From positions 28,582,001 to 28,646,000 of the forward strand of contig NW_026262668.1 in the NCBI RefSeq assembly GCF_021869535.1: DNA of 64,000 bases, written 5' to 3'. The DNA comes from Mytilus californianus. Taxonomy: Eukaryota. The position numbers and the translations under genes were made by a program. Within the stretch, counting starts at the first letter, position 1. Each line of letters begins with the position of its first letter. This document shows, piece after piece, positions 52,413 to 63,378 of the stretch. The notes beneath the pieces are model-generated. The model had not been told where the DNA came from. It did no database searches and worked only from the letters and a program-made list of their open reading frames with translations.

Positions 52413-53375
52413 ATGGAAGTAAAAATTGTTAAAGTGTTGATACTGTTTGGATTGTTGTTAATTTCATTTGTCCTAGGATTTATACCTATCAAATGGATTT
52501 GGCATTTTAAAGAGAAAACGAAAGAAAAATCCAAAACTTTTCATCTTGTGATAAGTATCCTGAGCTGTTTTGCTGCTGGCGTTTTCCTTGCTACGTGTTT
52601 ATTACATTTACTTGTTGAGACACGCTTGATCCTGGAAGATCAGTTAAAGGACGTAGAGATATTTTCAGAGTACCCAGTATCAGAGTTTATAATGGTGATT
52701 GGTTTATTGTGCATGTTAGCCACGGAACAGCTGGTCATGACGTACCAAGAGTATATAGAAAACACAGAGGAAACCGAAGATAGTCATCTTACTCTTATAA
52801 ACGAATCTTCTTTTGAAATGACCGAGCGGAACGAAAACGATGCAAACAGACTTTCTTCATCAGAAGAACAAAGAACCCGTATGAATATGTCTGAATCTTC
52901 CATTGAAGGTTTAAAACAATACAATACAACAATGAGAAGACCGAGCGCAGTTCAGAATAAGATATCACCGGCTGAAATGCATGCATCACAGACCGACAAT
53001 TCTGTGTTCAGATCAATTTTGCTGATTTTAGCTTTATCTCTGCATTCAGTTTTTGAAGGACTTGCCGTAGGACTGCAGACAGAGACATCGTCTATTCTCA
53101 AGATTTTTACCGGTCTTGTTATCCACAAAGGAGTCATATCTTTTAGCCTAGGACTCGCACTATCTCAGAGTTCTCTGTCGTACTGTGCATCGTTGAGATC
53201 ACTGTTGATCTTTTCTGCGGCTTCTCCAATCGGAGTTGCTATCGGGTTGATCGTAGATGGATTGGGAGTTGGATCGTCACCTTCATTAGCAATAGGAATT
53301 TTGGAGGGACTGGCTTGCGGCACTTTCCTGTATGTTACGTTTTTCGAAATACTTCAACATGAATTTAGTAATTGA
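52413..53375 (+). CDS. ZIP (SLC39A1/2/3-like) zinc transporter, intronless. Open for 320 aa; the TM8-like helix continues in frame after TGA to 53453
   Basis: FAAGVFLATCLLHLL (TM2), LALSLHSVFEGLAVGLQ (TM4), VIHKGVISFSLG (TM5), ASPIGVAIG (TM6) and LEGLACGTFLYVTFFEIL (TM7). The first ATG is at 52413; the ORF-track start at 52407 is TTG. May be a nonsense allele or pseudogene. Confidence 0.9.
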   Translation: MEVKIVKVLILFGLLLISFVLGFIPIKWIWHFKEKTKEKSKTFHLVISILSCFAAGVFLATCLLHLLVETRLILEDQLKDVEIFSEYPVSEFIMVIGLLCMLATEQLVMTYQEYIENTEETEDSHLTLINESSFEMTERNENDANRLSSSEEQRTRMNMSESSIEGLKQYNTTMRRPSAVQNKISPAEMHASQTDNSVFRSILLILALSLHSVFEGLAVGLQTETSSILKIFTGLVIHKGVISFSLGLALSQSSLSYCASLRSLLIFSAASPIGVAIGLIVDGLGVGSSPSLAIGILEGLACGTFLYVTFFEILQHEFSN

Positions 53376-53552
53376 GAAAAACGAATGATAAAAGTATTGT
53401 TTTTGTTTGTGGGGTTTATGTGTATGTCTGCGCTGTTTATAATTCATAACTGAATTATTGTTATTCTTAAGACTCGCTCTATTCTTGACTTAAATACAAA
53501 AAAAAATATGCCAGTGTATCGCCACTTTCACCCTTTAATTTTGCGGTTATTG

Positions 53553-54777
53553 TTTTTTTTTTGTCGAGCCTTCGACTTCTGTCTCAGAAAGCTCGACATA
53601 GGGATAGTGATCCGGTGGCGGCGGCGGCGGCGTTAACTAACTTCTTAAAAGCTTAATATTTCAGAAGGTAGAAGACCTGGATGCTTCATACTTTGTATAT
53701 AGATGCCTTATGATATGAAGTTTCCGTCTGTCATATGTCCACTGTCCTTGACCTCATTTTCATGGTTCAGTGACTACTTGAAAAAAAAGTCAAGATTTTT
53801 TGTAATGTTAATTTCTGTCTTATTATGAGTAATAGGATAAATATATTTGGTATGTGCGTACCTTCCAAGGTCCTCATGCATGTCAGACTGTTTTCACCTG
53901 ACCTCGGCCTCATTTCATGGATCAGTGAACAATGTTAAGTTTTCGTGGTCAAGTCTATATCTCAGATACTATAAGCAATAGGTATACTATATTTGGTGAA
54001 TGTAATGATTGTAGTAAGGTGTACATGTCCAACTGGCAGGTGTCATCTGACCTTGACCTTATTTTCATGGTTCAGTGGCAAAAGTTAAAGTTTTTTGTGT
54101 TTTGGTCTGTTCTTCTTAAACTTTAAGCAATAGGTCAACTATATTGGGTGTACGGAATGATTGTAAGGTGTATATGTCTGTCTGGCAGGTAACATCTGAC
54201 CTTCACCTCATTTTCATGGTTCATTGGTCAATGTTCAGTTTTCCTGGTTAACTTTTTTTCTTAGATACTATATAAGCAATAGGTAAACTATATTTGATGC
54301 ATGGAATTATTTTAAGGTGTACATGTCTGTCTGGCAGGGTTCATCTGACCTTGACCTCATTTTCATGGTTCAGTGGTTAAAGTTAAGTTTTTTTTGTGTT
54401 TTGGTCTGTTTTTCTAATACTGTATGCATTAGGTCAACTATGTTTGGTGTATGCAAACATTTTACGGTGTAAATGGCAATCTGGCAGGTTTTATTTGACC
54501 TTGACCTCATTTTACGGTTCATTGCTCAATGTTAAGATTTTGTGTTTTGGTCTGTTTTCCCTTAACTATGAGCAATAGGTCAACTATATTTGGTGTATGG
54601 AATAATTATATTAAAGGTGTACATGTATTTCCGGCTTGGTTTATCTGACCTTTACCTCATTTTCTTGGATCATAAATGTAAATGTGATACTTGTAGTAAC
54701 ATTTTATATTTAGGACTATCAACATAAAATCAATGGTCAGTATAGTAGGCGAGACATTTCAGCGTGTGCACTCTTGT
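53553..54777 (+). mobile_element. HINE-like element with ~7 internal ~149-bp repeats, ~100 bp downstream of the ZIP ORF
   Basis: T-run, GTCGAGCC..GCTCGAC hairpin and (GGC)n tract; CTGACCTTGACC-like blocks at 53898, 54047, 54196, 54345, 54495 and 54645; ends AGGCGAGACATTTCAGCGTGTGCACTCTTGT. Confidence 0.75.
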
Positions 54778-55212
54778 GTTTTTATCAAATCTATAATTTT
54801 CAAATAAGTACTAATAACATTCTACAGTATGGAAAAAATGAAACCAGTTTCCGCTGCCGTTAGAGTGTATACGTGAGGAGCTTAGGGGCTTGTAATAACT
54901 TATACTGTGATCAATTAATATTTACCAACAGAAAATAAAGAATGTTTTGTATGTTTGCACAATTGTTTCATTGTTTAAGACTATATGTTGACCTCTTGAT
55001 GTCTTTTATTTTTGTGTGTTGTTGGTCTGTAGCCTCTTGAATGTATACTACACATATCCTGTGACAAGCCTTATTCAACTAAACAGATACATCTTTCGCC
55101 CAGACCACCTGACAGGCACCAAATAAGACAGGGTCTTGTCAAGAACATAAGTTGACCTCTAGTTCTCTATGGTTTTTTTTTTTAGGTGTATATAGATATA
55201 GGTATTCTTGTT

Positions 55213-55510
55213 CGGTTTTCAACAATGGATGAGCACCCAAACCACCTGAACATGTAAGGTTTTCAACAATGGATAAGCACCCAAACCACCTGAACAGGTA
55301 CGGTTTCCAACAATAGATAAGCACCCAAACAACCTGAACAGGTACGGTTTTCGACAATGGATAAGCACCCAAACCACCTGAACAGGTACGGTTTCCAACA
55401 ATAGATAAGCACCCAAACCATCTGAACAGGTACGGTTTTCAACAATGGATAAGCACCCAAACCACCTGAACAGGTACGGTTTTCAACAATGGATAAGCAC
55501 TCAAACCACC
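55213..55510 (+). repeat. 44-bp minisatellite, ~6.7 copies
   Basis: Unit AACAATGGATAAGCACCCAAACCACCTGAACAGGTACGGTTTTC; it explains the three repetitive minus-strand ORFs in the track. Confidence 0.92.
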
Positions 55511-56565
55511 GTTAGCAGGCGCTTAGCTGGGCGAGACTTGTCGAGTTGTGGTTGCATTCAACAGTGACGTACACTCTTAAAACATAAATATTAGAAAAGT
55601 TCGCTTTAGCATGACGTTGATAGGTAAAAATTACATATGCTCATTCTCTTGTGCGAGCAAAATAAATATATTTATTCTAATTTTGATTTCAACAAAGGCC
55701 TTTTAAAATGACACTTCCGTCATATGTAAATTAATATAGATACAAGAATTATAGCCTTTTTTCTTACATACATGAGCGTTGCAATGCACATGATTTAATG
55801 TTTTAGAAAATAATATGAATATGAAAAAGAAGTTGTCAGGTGAGGCAGCAGAATGGAGAAATTGATATAAAAAAACAACATAATAGCTTAATTAATCCCG
55901 CCGAACTGAACCAGGGGAGGATTAAGGACCCCTGCCCCCTTATGGCGCTACATATATTCACCGTCTTAGAATCTGTGCGATTTTAAGCTTGACATATTGT
56001 ACCTGTCTGTTGTTGAAGACTTTATGCATTTTAGTTATTAGTGTCGTTGGGTTGTTGTCTCATTGGCGAATATCCCACATCTCTCAATTTATACGTATAT
56101 CTATCTTGTAACATATTTACAAAGAATGACTGGGTGTATTTTGTACAAAGGTACGACACATCCCTGGGCAGGATTTTATTTCAAAGTTAAATTGTGATAA
56201 AGTTTTCCTTGATGGATCTATCGGTCCAACAACTCATCATTCCGACAGTCCATACCTGGACACCCCACTAGACCGTTAGACGGTTTCTCCTGCAACCCAA
56301 CTTATTGTCTGATTGGAGGGGAACCAGAAAAAGTCAAGATAAGAATATCCTTAAATTCACTAGAACACGTATAAGTCATTTTTTACTTTCTGGGAGCCTG
56401 TAGCAAAGCCATTTTAAAATTGCACTTCCATCCTTTTAATATAATAGAAATATAGCCTTCCGTTCTATCATAACTGAGCGCAAACTATCTTATAATTAAC
56501 TAACATCAATTGGAGAAGCCAGATGCAAATCACACTTCAGTGAGACAGTATCTCAACATATAATT

Positions 56566-57765
56566 AAAAACCAATTGTTCAGAGAACAATTGAAGGTCTT
56601 TCCACCAGTAAGGATCTATTTTGATATGAAAAATATTAAAATTAGGTTTTAAATGTCAATTCCAGCGTCAAATGACAGCTTAATGTACGCTTATTCCAAA
56701 AATATATGGTTTCTATACAAAAAAAGATAAATAAGGGAGATACTTTTTGACTTCCGGTTTAAAAAATGTCACTTCCGGTATTGTTTGATAGTTTACTTGA
56801 CACTGATTCCAAAAATATATAGTTCTATATACTTTTACAGTAATTTAATACAATAAATAGCTACTTCCGGTTTACAAAAGGTCACTTCCAGTTGGCTTTT
56901 TCAAGGTCAAATGGCTTGCAACCTAATGCAAAAAGTCCCATGGCTTTATCATGTATATATATGAGGTAAAAGCAGAGGTCAATATATAGAACGTCGAATC
57001 AACCTTTGACCTTGACCCCAATTTCAGGGTCATGAAACAAGGGCTTCAAATCAAAATACCCTAGGTCTCAATTATATATGATGAATGAGTTATATCACCA
57101 TACATGTAATTTTGAATATGATAGGGGAGAAAACTCCCATTAAATGTCTCCGTACCCTTTCAACTCAAATTTACGTGTTACGACATGTCGCAACTAACAA
57201 TTCTGTAAAAAAATTTGTCGATATCTTATAAGATTTCTGAAAATTAGTGATAACAAGCCAAAATCAAAATTTATAACATGACCTTGACCTTTGACCTTGA
57301 CCTCATTTTCATTTTTATGGACCAAGGACCTCAAATCAAAAGACCCTAGGCCTCTATCACTTATGGTTTTCCAGTTACAAATACATTTCACATATATCAA
57401 ATACAAAAGGGGAAATAACTCTCATATGGAGTCTTCGTAATGCTTCGGTCTGAATAAAACCTAACATCCTGAGGATATAACGAGCAATTTGGAAAAATAA
57501 ATTTGTCGCTTTCTTTTACGGTTGCGGAGGAGATCTCATAACAAGAAAAACAGTGTTTGGGGAGATAACTCTTACAAAGAAAAGTGTTCGGTTAAACAGG
57601 GTCAGTTTCAAAAGCGTATAAACTGTATGATATCATATACCAAAAAACTAAGCGACATCTTTTGAAACAAAAATACACCGCAAGAAAAAAATTAGGCGGA
57701 AGAAAAAAAAAATAATCAGAAGAAAACCAATAGGTCTTTCCACGGAAAGGTGGAAAGACCTAATA
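56566..57765 (-). mobile_element. HINE/DINE-like element on the minus strand
   Basis: Terminal palindrome TAGGTCTTTCCAC..GTGGAAAGACCTA (57731-57762), subterminal copy AGGTCTTTCC at ~56594 and end hairpin CAATTGTTC-AGA-GAACAATTG (56572-56592). Confidence 0.7.
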
Positions 57766-57829
57766 AAGAAAACAAAATAGAGACATCAAGAATTAGATAT
57801 TGGTATATGGGTTCCTTGCAAGGTCAACA

Positions 57830-58725
57830 TGTCCGTCAGACAGGCCGGGTTCATGGCTCAGTGATAAAGTCCGTATATTAGAAACTATAAGCTAAATATG
57901 TCGTCTATATTTGGTGTACGGAATGATCGTATGGTGTACATGTCCGACTGGCAGGTTTCATCTGACCTTGACCTTATTTTCACGGTTCATTGGACAATAT
58001 TTGGTTTTTGAGGTTTGGTCTTTTTCTCAGATACTATAAGCGATGTGGACATTATATTTGCAGTGGCGGATCCAGAAATTTTCACAAGGGGGAGGGGCCA
58101 CTGACTGCCATAAGAGGGGGCCCGCTCCAGTGATTCCCTTTGAATTCATATTTATGGTTCATTACCCAATGTTAAGTTTCATGGTTTTGTTAGTTTAATA
58201 GATGCTATGAGCAATAGGTTAACTATGATTGGTGTATGGAGTGATTGTAACGTGTACATGTCTGTTCGTCTGGTAGTGTTCATATGACTTTGAACTCATT
58301 TGTCATGGTTCAATGTTTAGTTTTTGTGGTTTCTTCAGTTTATCAGATACTATGAGCAATAAGTCAACTATAGTTGGTGTTATTATGTATTGTATGATTG
58401 CAATGTGTATATGTCTGTCGGAACGGTTTCATATGACCTCATTTTTATGTCATTGTGCAATGTTAAGATTTCATGGTTTTGTCAAGTTATCAGATCTATC
58501 AGGAACTATAAGCAATAGGGACACTACATTTGGTGTATCGAATGATTGTAAGGTGTGCATGTCTGTCTGGCATGTATTTGTTTAAACCTTGACCTCAACT
58601 TCATGGATCATTGATAATGTTAGGTGTATGAGATAAATTTACAGTAAAACCTTCACATTACAGACTTTGGACATAAATTCGATAATGATAAGTAAAACAT
58701 GAGACATTTCACTGTGTGCACTCTT
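57830..58725 (+). mobile_element. Degenerate HINE (family of 53553) interrupted by a hAT-like MITE fragment at 58061-58139
   Basis: ~150-bp repeats with TGACCTTGACC; 3' end GAGACATTTCACTGTGTGCACTCTT; inserted CAGTGGCGGATCCAGAAATTTT. Confidence 0.6.
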
Positions 58726-60344
58726 TGATCTTTCCATAGTATATCATAGTCATATCCAAAAAAATGCAATCTCATACATGAGGGTTCAACTGGGTTGTTT
58801 TTCTCTCCCCTTTCTCTCATTCAAGTTACCAATAATTATATTGTAATATTTTTGAGTATTCACAGTACAGAACTTTTTAGTAAATACTCTGTCATATTCA
58901 TAATATTTCAACTTAAAATGTGTTATGGCTCTCTTACAAAATATCTTATCCATACGATGTTACAATTACAGTAGTTTATAAATTTTGACCTTTTATTATT
59001 AATTCCATATTACAGGGTCAAAATTTATAAATTACTGTTATTGTACATGTAATAATGTATGGGTATAAAGAAAGAAGAATCAAAGCATTAAAGAAGCAAA
59101 AAGAAGTTAAAATATTACAGAATATTTACCCCCAAAAATTAAAACACCAATTTCTTTTTTCAAGAAAAAATGAGGAGTCAATTCCCCAAGTGCCTGTGAT
59201 CATTTGCATTAGGAAATTTAAAGAATATTTATTAGTGCAGGCTGCAACTAATTCTGCACTTTTGATCCTTAGTCATTACATATACTATTGAATTACCTCA
59301 ACATGTACTTAACTAAGTCAGAAGGCTTTTCTGCAGTAGGAAGTATCAGAGAGATGTGTCTTCACAGTCATCGCTGAGAACATTATTTATAAGCAAGGAA
59401 GTATATTTTGTTAGTAATAAATCCTTGGTTATTAATAACCTCCAAATATTAGTATCATAGAAAAAAAGGATATGAGGTATTCATCCATGATACAAAATCA
59501 GTATATGCACAACAAAACACACAAAAAGCATAGGAAAGGTGCTTTTATTGCTGTTCTTCATCTCCAAGTCACAACACAGAGCAAATAAACTCTCACCTCA
59601 CTGCAAGTTTAAGACAGCCCCTAGCACCATATTTTCACATGTCATGAGCATCAAGATGAGTACCAGTAATGGCAAAGAGCCTGGCTGATAATTTTTTCTG
59701 AGCCCCTGAGTTCCCCTACTGTTTTTGGTCTGATTGATATATGTAGCACAATCATTGGATGTCTGTGTTATGTTACTTTTTGTAATAGATTGACCTATGA
59801 CCAATTGATAAAACATCTGTCAATCAAAAGTCAACAATAGTAACCACAGATTTAATACCATTACTACAGCTAATTGTGAATTTACTTTGTCCATCAATCT
59901 ATGGTAAATGTTTACATTGGCAACTTAACCATATTACTCTATGCTCGTCTTATATTGTCATAAGCGTTTTTAATCTACTACTACTGTTTGAATGAGTATG
60001 TCATGTATGTTTGTGCTTAAATGCCCTTATTATTCATTTAAATGGCTGTTTTGAGGTGTTTAGTTTATATAATAAAGAATATAAAAATTCAGCTCAACAC
60101 CTCTCATGGGGGAAATCCCCATAAATTGTGAAGGTTGGCAGGTCTGGTACTTTGCTATACAGTGTTTATTACTTTAATAAGTTTCAGCAAGGTTTTGATT
60201 GCAGACCGTGATATTCTCTGTTACACAATGTAAATTTATTCAGTTTTTTAGCCTTATTTAAGCCTCTGGCTATTTAGAGATTGACATATTGTTTAACCAT
60301 ATGTACAAAATGATGTATATTGTTGATGGTTTATCAAATAGATA

Positions 60345-60606
60345 TAAGAAGATGTGGTATGAGTGCCAATGAGACAACTCTCCATCCAAGTCACAATTTG
60401 TAAAAGTAAACCATTATAGGTCAAAGTACGGCCTTCAACACGGATCCTTGGCTCACACCGAACAGCAAGTTATAAAGGGCCCCAAAAATGACTAGTGTAA
60501 CAGTAAAACCATTCAAACAGGTAAACCAATGGTCTAATCTATATAAAAAACGAGAAACACTTATGAACCACATCAACAAACGACAACCACTGAACATCAG
60601 GTTTCC
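60345..60606 (+). repeat. Copy of an abundant interspersed repeat (GATGTGGTATGA(T/G)TGCCAATGAGACAACT family)
   Basis: The same motif is seen in either orientation at ~21830-21875, ~24595-24635, ~28145-28170, ~47835-47865 and ~56045-56085. Class not determined. Confidence 0.6.
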
Positions 60607-60917
60607 TTTATATACAGTACTGTTGACCACTAAGACCAGATGTCTTTTTTGTGTTGTTGAGTTGACGTACAATGTATACCCCATGCTAGTTAAAATTAAA
60701 ATATACAAATGTAAATACATCTGTCAGAAGACAGTGTCTTAATGAAAAAAAAAAATGTACATGTATAAAAAATGAATTAACTTCTGAATATGACATGGCT
60801 TCTTTCCCTTTAGGGATTCAATTCCTTTTCATTGCTTGCAAAAGAGAAAGCACAGGCACTGGTATCTCTCTTTTTTAAAAATTAATTTACCTACATGTAT
60901 ATACCTTAATATAATAC

Positions 60918-61163
60918 GGGAGCCTCGTTGGCAGAGTGGTCTAAGTAGTCGAACTACTGTGTCACTAGCCTGTATAAACTTTTGTTATGAGTTCGAATCC
61001 AGCAGGTGGACTCAACTTCAATCTTAATTGACTAGGATTGTCAGTTTTCCTTCCAAAGGTTGTGGTTCTCTCTGCGCACTTCAACTTCCTCCACTAATAA
61101 AAGCTGACTGCCACTAAATAGCACATTAGAGCTTATAGTGGCGTTTAACACCAATCAATCAAT
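60918..61163 (+). mobile_element. tRNA-derived SINE with a V-domain-like body and (CAAT)n tail
   Basis: A-box-like TGGCAGAGTGG, B-box GAGTTCGAATCC (60989-61000), body GGTTCTCTCTGCGCACTTCAACTTCCTCCAC and tail AGTGGCGTTTAACACCAATCAATCAA. Confidence 0.75.
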
Positions 61164-61727
61164 TACATGTATATGATACTGGCAAGTGTTTTATTAAGGT
61201 ACATGTATTATTAGTGTATACATGTAATTTTTTTTCAGACAAGTGCCTGTGAGATGAGGCCCGGAAAAATCCTTGGAGAGACTTGATGTGTTTAAAGAAA
61301 TACATTGTAAATTGATACATGTACATTTAGACCAAAAATAAAATTAAAATTGTTTGATGTTGCCTACTAACCCACATAAAAAACAGCCTACCCGAAAAAA
61401 AATTACGACATTTCAAAGTTTTTTGGGGGCTCTAATCATGTCTTTTTCTTGTCTAAAACATGTGACTTATATCATGTATATGTTGATCGATGGCAAAAAA
61501 AATCCCTACCTACCTACAATGTACCAAACCCTACAAGGCATGGGTAGGCAACATCAAACAAAGAATTTGTTAAGGGTGGCCTGTATAAAGTTCACAGAGA
61601 CAAATGTAATTATTTCAATAATCTAATTTTGGTACAGGAGTCAGAAGAATTCAAGAAACCTTCATCATTTTGTGTTATTCAACAATTTATTTGAAAAAAG
61701 TTCAAGATTGACACTTGATGAATTATA

Positions 61728-61729
<2 letters not shown>

Positions 61730-61759
<30 letters not shown>
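61730..61759. repeat. (TA)n microsatellite
   Basis: About 15 TA units. Confidence 0.95.
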
Positions 61760-61760
<1 letters not shown>

Positions 61761-61970
61761 GTGTTCTTGATCAGTTGAAATTCTTGTATGATACATGTAC
61801 ATGTATATCTTTCTGTAAATGTTTATGTGACTATCATGACTATTCAAGTTGGTTCAAGGTACGCAAGAAATGAAAGTCACAACAGTATTTTATTTACCCT
61901 ATGAATTCAGGTTTACTCAATTCAGGAGTAAACTCACTGATGAGGCAGATGGTAATGTTTTTGTATATAA

Positions 61971-62576
61971 TTAACTATCAGAAGGCTGAATATATGTCTC
62001 TTCATTCATACTTATTCTTGTCACTCTTGCACCGTAATAGTCAATTATATAATCTGATCCGTCAGAAGGCATAACTACTTGAGCTGCAATTAGCAATATG
62101 TCTACTAGCTGTCCAAGAAAGAAAAATCCAAGTGTTGAAAATTTCAGAAGTCCTATCGCTGGATATCCAAGATAAAATCTGTCTATTCCAAACATTCCTA
62201 AAAAGACAGACAACAGAAGCGCTGTTTCAAATGAATGTCCATTTGTCCATCGACATGAGACATTCTTGTAAAATCCAGGAGTTGTTCCATTAAAAGTCAC
62301 TTCAGCTCCACCATATTTTGATGATTTACAAGTCACATTCGCTGCTGGCATACATTCTACTGGAACAGTTTTTGTTGTTTTATCACAATTCTCTTCACTT
62401 TGAGTTTCTATATCTACAATTGGCTCTTTGCATACATACTGACCCAGTTGCAAATTTTCACAAGGCAAAGCTTCCTCAAAAGATATTGCATATATCACAT
62501 TTGTATAAAATAGAGTCAACATGTGAATTGTCAACACACTTGTCAAATACTTTAGGACATATTTTAGGTAGTTCAT
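61971..62576 (-). CDS. TM2D1: TM2 domain-containing protein 1 (beta-amyloid binding protein-like), intronless CDS, 201 aa
   Basis: Signal-like N-terminus; CENLQLGQYVCKEP; TM2 domain LLLSVFLGMFGIDRFYLGYPAIGLLKFSTLG..LVDILLI; TM2D1-type tail PSDGSDYIIDYYGARVTRIS. Confidence 0.92.
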   Translation of the reverse strand: MNYLKYVLKYLTSVLTIHMLTLFYTNVIYAISFEEALPCENLQLGQYVCKEPIVDIETQSEENCDKTTKTVPVECMPAANVTCKSSKYGGAEVTFNGTTPGFYKNVSCRWTNGHSFETALLLSVFLGMFGIDRFYLGYPAIGLLKFSTLGFFFLGQLVDILLIAAQVVMPSDGSDYIIDYYGARVTRISMNEETYIQPSDS

Positions 62577-63378
62577 CTTTATTTGTCACATAACTAGTAT
62601 TACTATTAACTAGGCATACATAAGATATCACCATATGAGAAAGTACTTCCAATTTCGTTGTTGTTTGTTGACAAATTTCACAGGAAATGGTACAGAGTTG
62701 TCTAACTTGGAAAATATTACGCAAAATAATCCTGTGTGTTTTATTCCTAAAAAAGATGATTTAAAATGCATTTTCTTTTGTCTGTATCTCGAGATTTAAG
62801 GAAATGAATTTCAGGAATGCTTTTTTGCAAAACAGTCCTTTCTTCGCTATAAAATATTTATTCATTATTATTTAATCGGATATACCTACGCAGGTGTTGT
62901 TGGTCACCTTTCTAAAACGTGCATAACCAACTTTTTTCTTCGAAAAAGCAAACAAATTATGTCTTCAAGTTCAAGAAGATATTTCTTCGGATAATGATTC
63001 TGATCTTGATATACTAGCAATAGAAGCTTGTAATAAGATGAAGAAGTTGTTAGAAAAATCAAATAACACTGGGAAAAAGAAACAAATGACCCTAACTCGT
63101 GATAGGAAAATGAAATGTGACACTTTAAACGAAAGTGAGAAAGCAAAATCTAGTCAAAACCTTTTTGACTTTGTAATTGATAAAACACCTCTAAGGTATG
63201 AGAATGAAGAAGTCACCAAAACATTACAACCATCTACAGAGACTGATGACAAAACTGAAGAGAGTTCAAGTCTTGACTCAAACAAGGCAAAAAAGAAAGT
63301 GTAAGACATTTCATTACTTACCTTTAACACTTTTATTTCATTTCATTGTTAACCGAGATGCACATTGAAACGATGATA

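Noticed and set aside
53454-53560. SECIS element for the ZIP UGA
   Set aside because: No AUGA/GA kink-turn core with an apical AA loop is visible by eye; a formal search is still needed.
59597-59684. Minus-strand segment with good acceptor and donor and a hydrophobic peptide
   Set aside because: All three frames contain a stop within the 88 nt; at most a non-coding exon.
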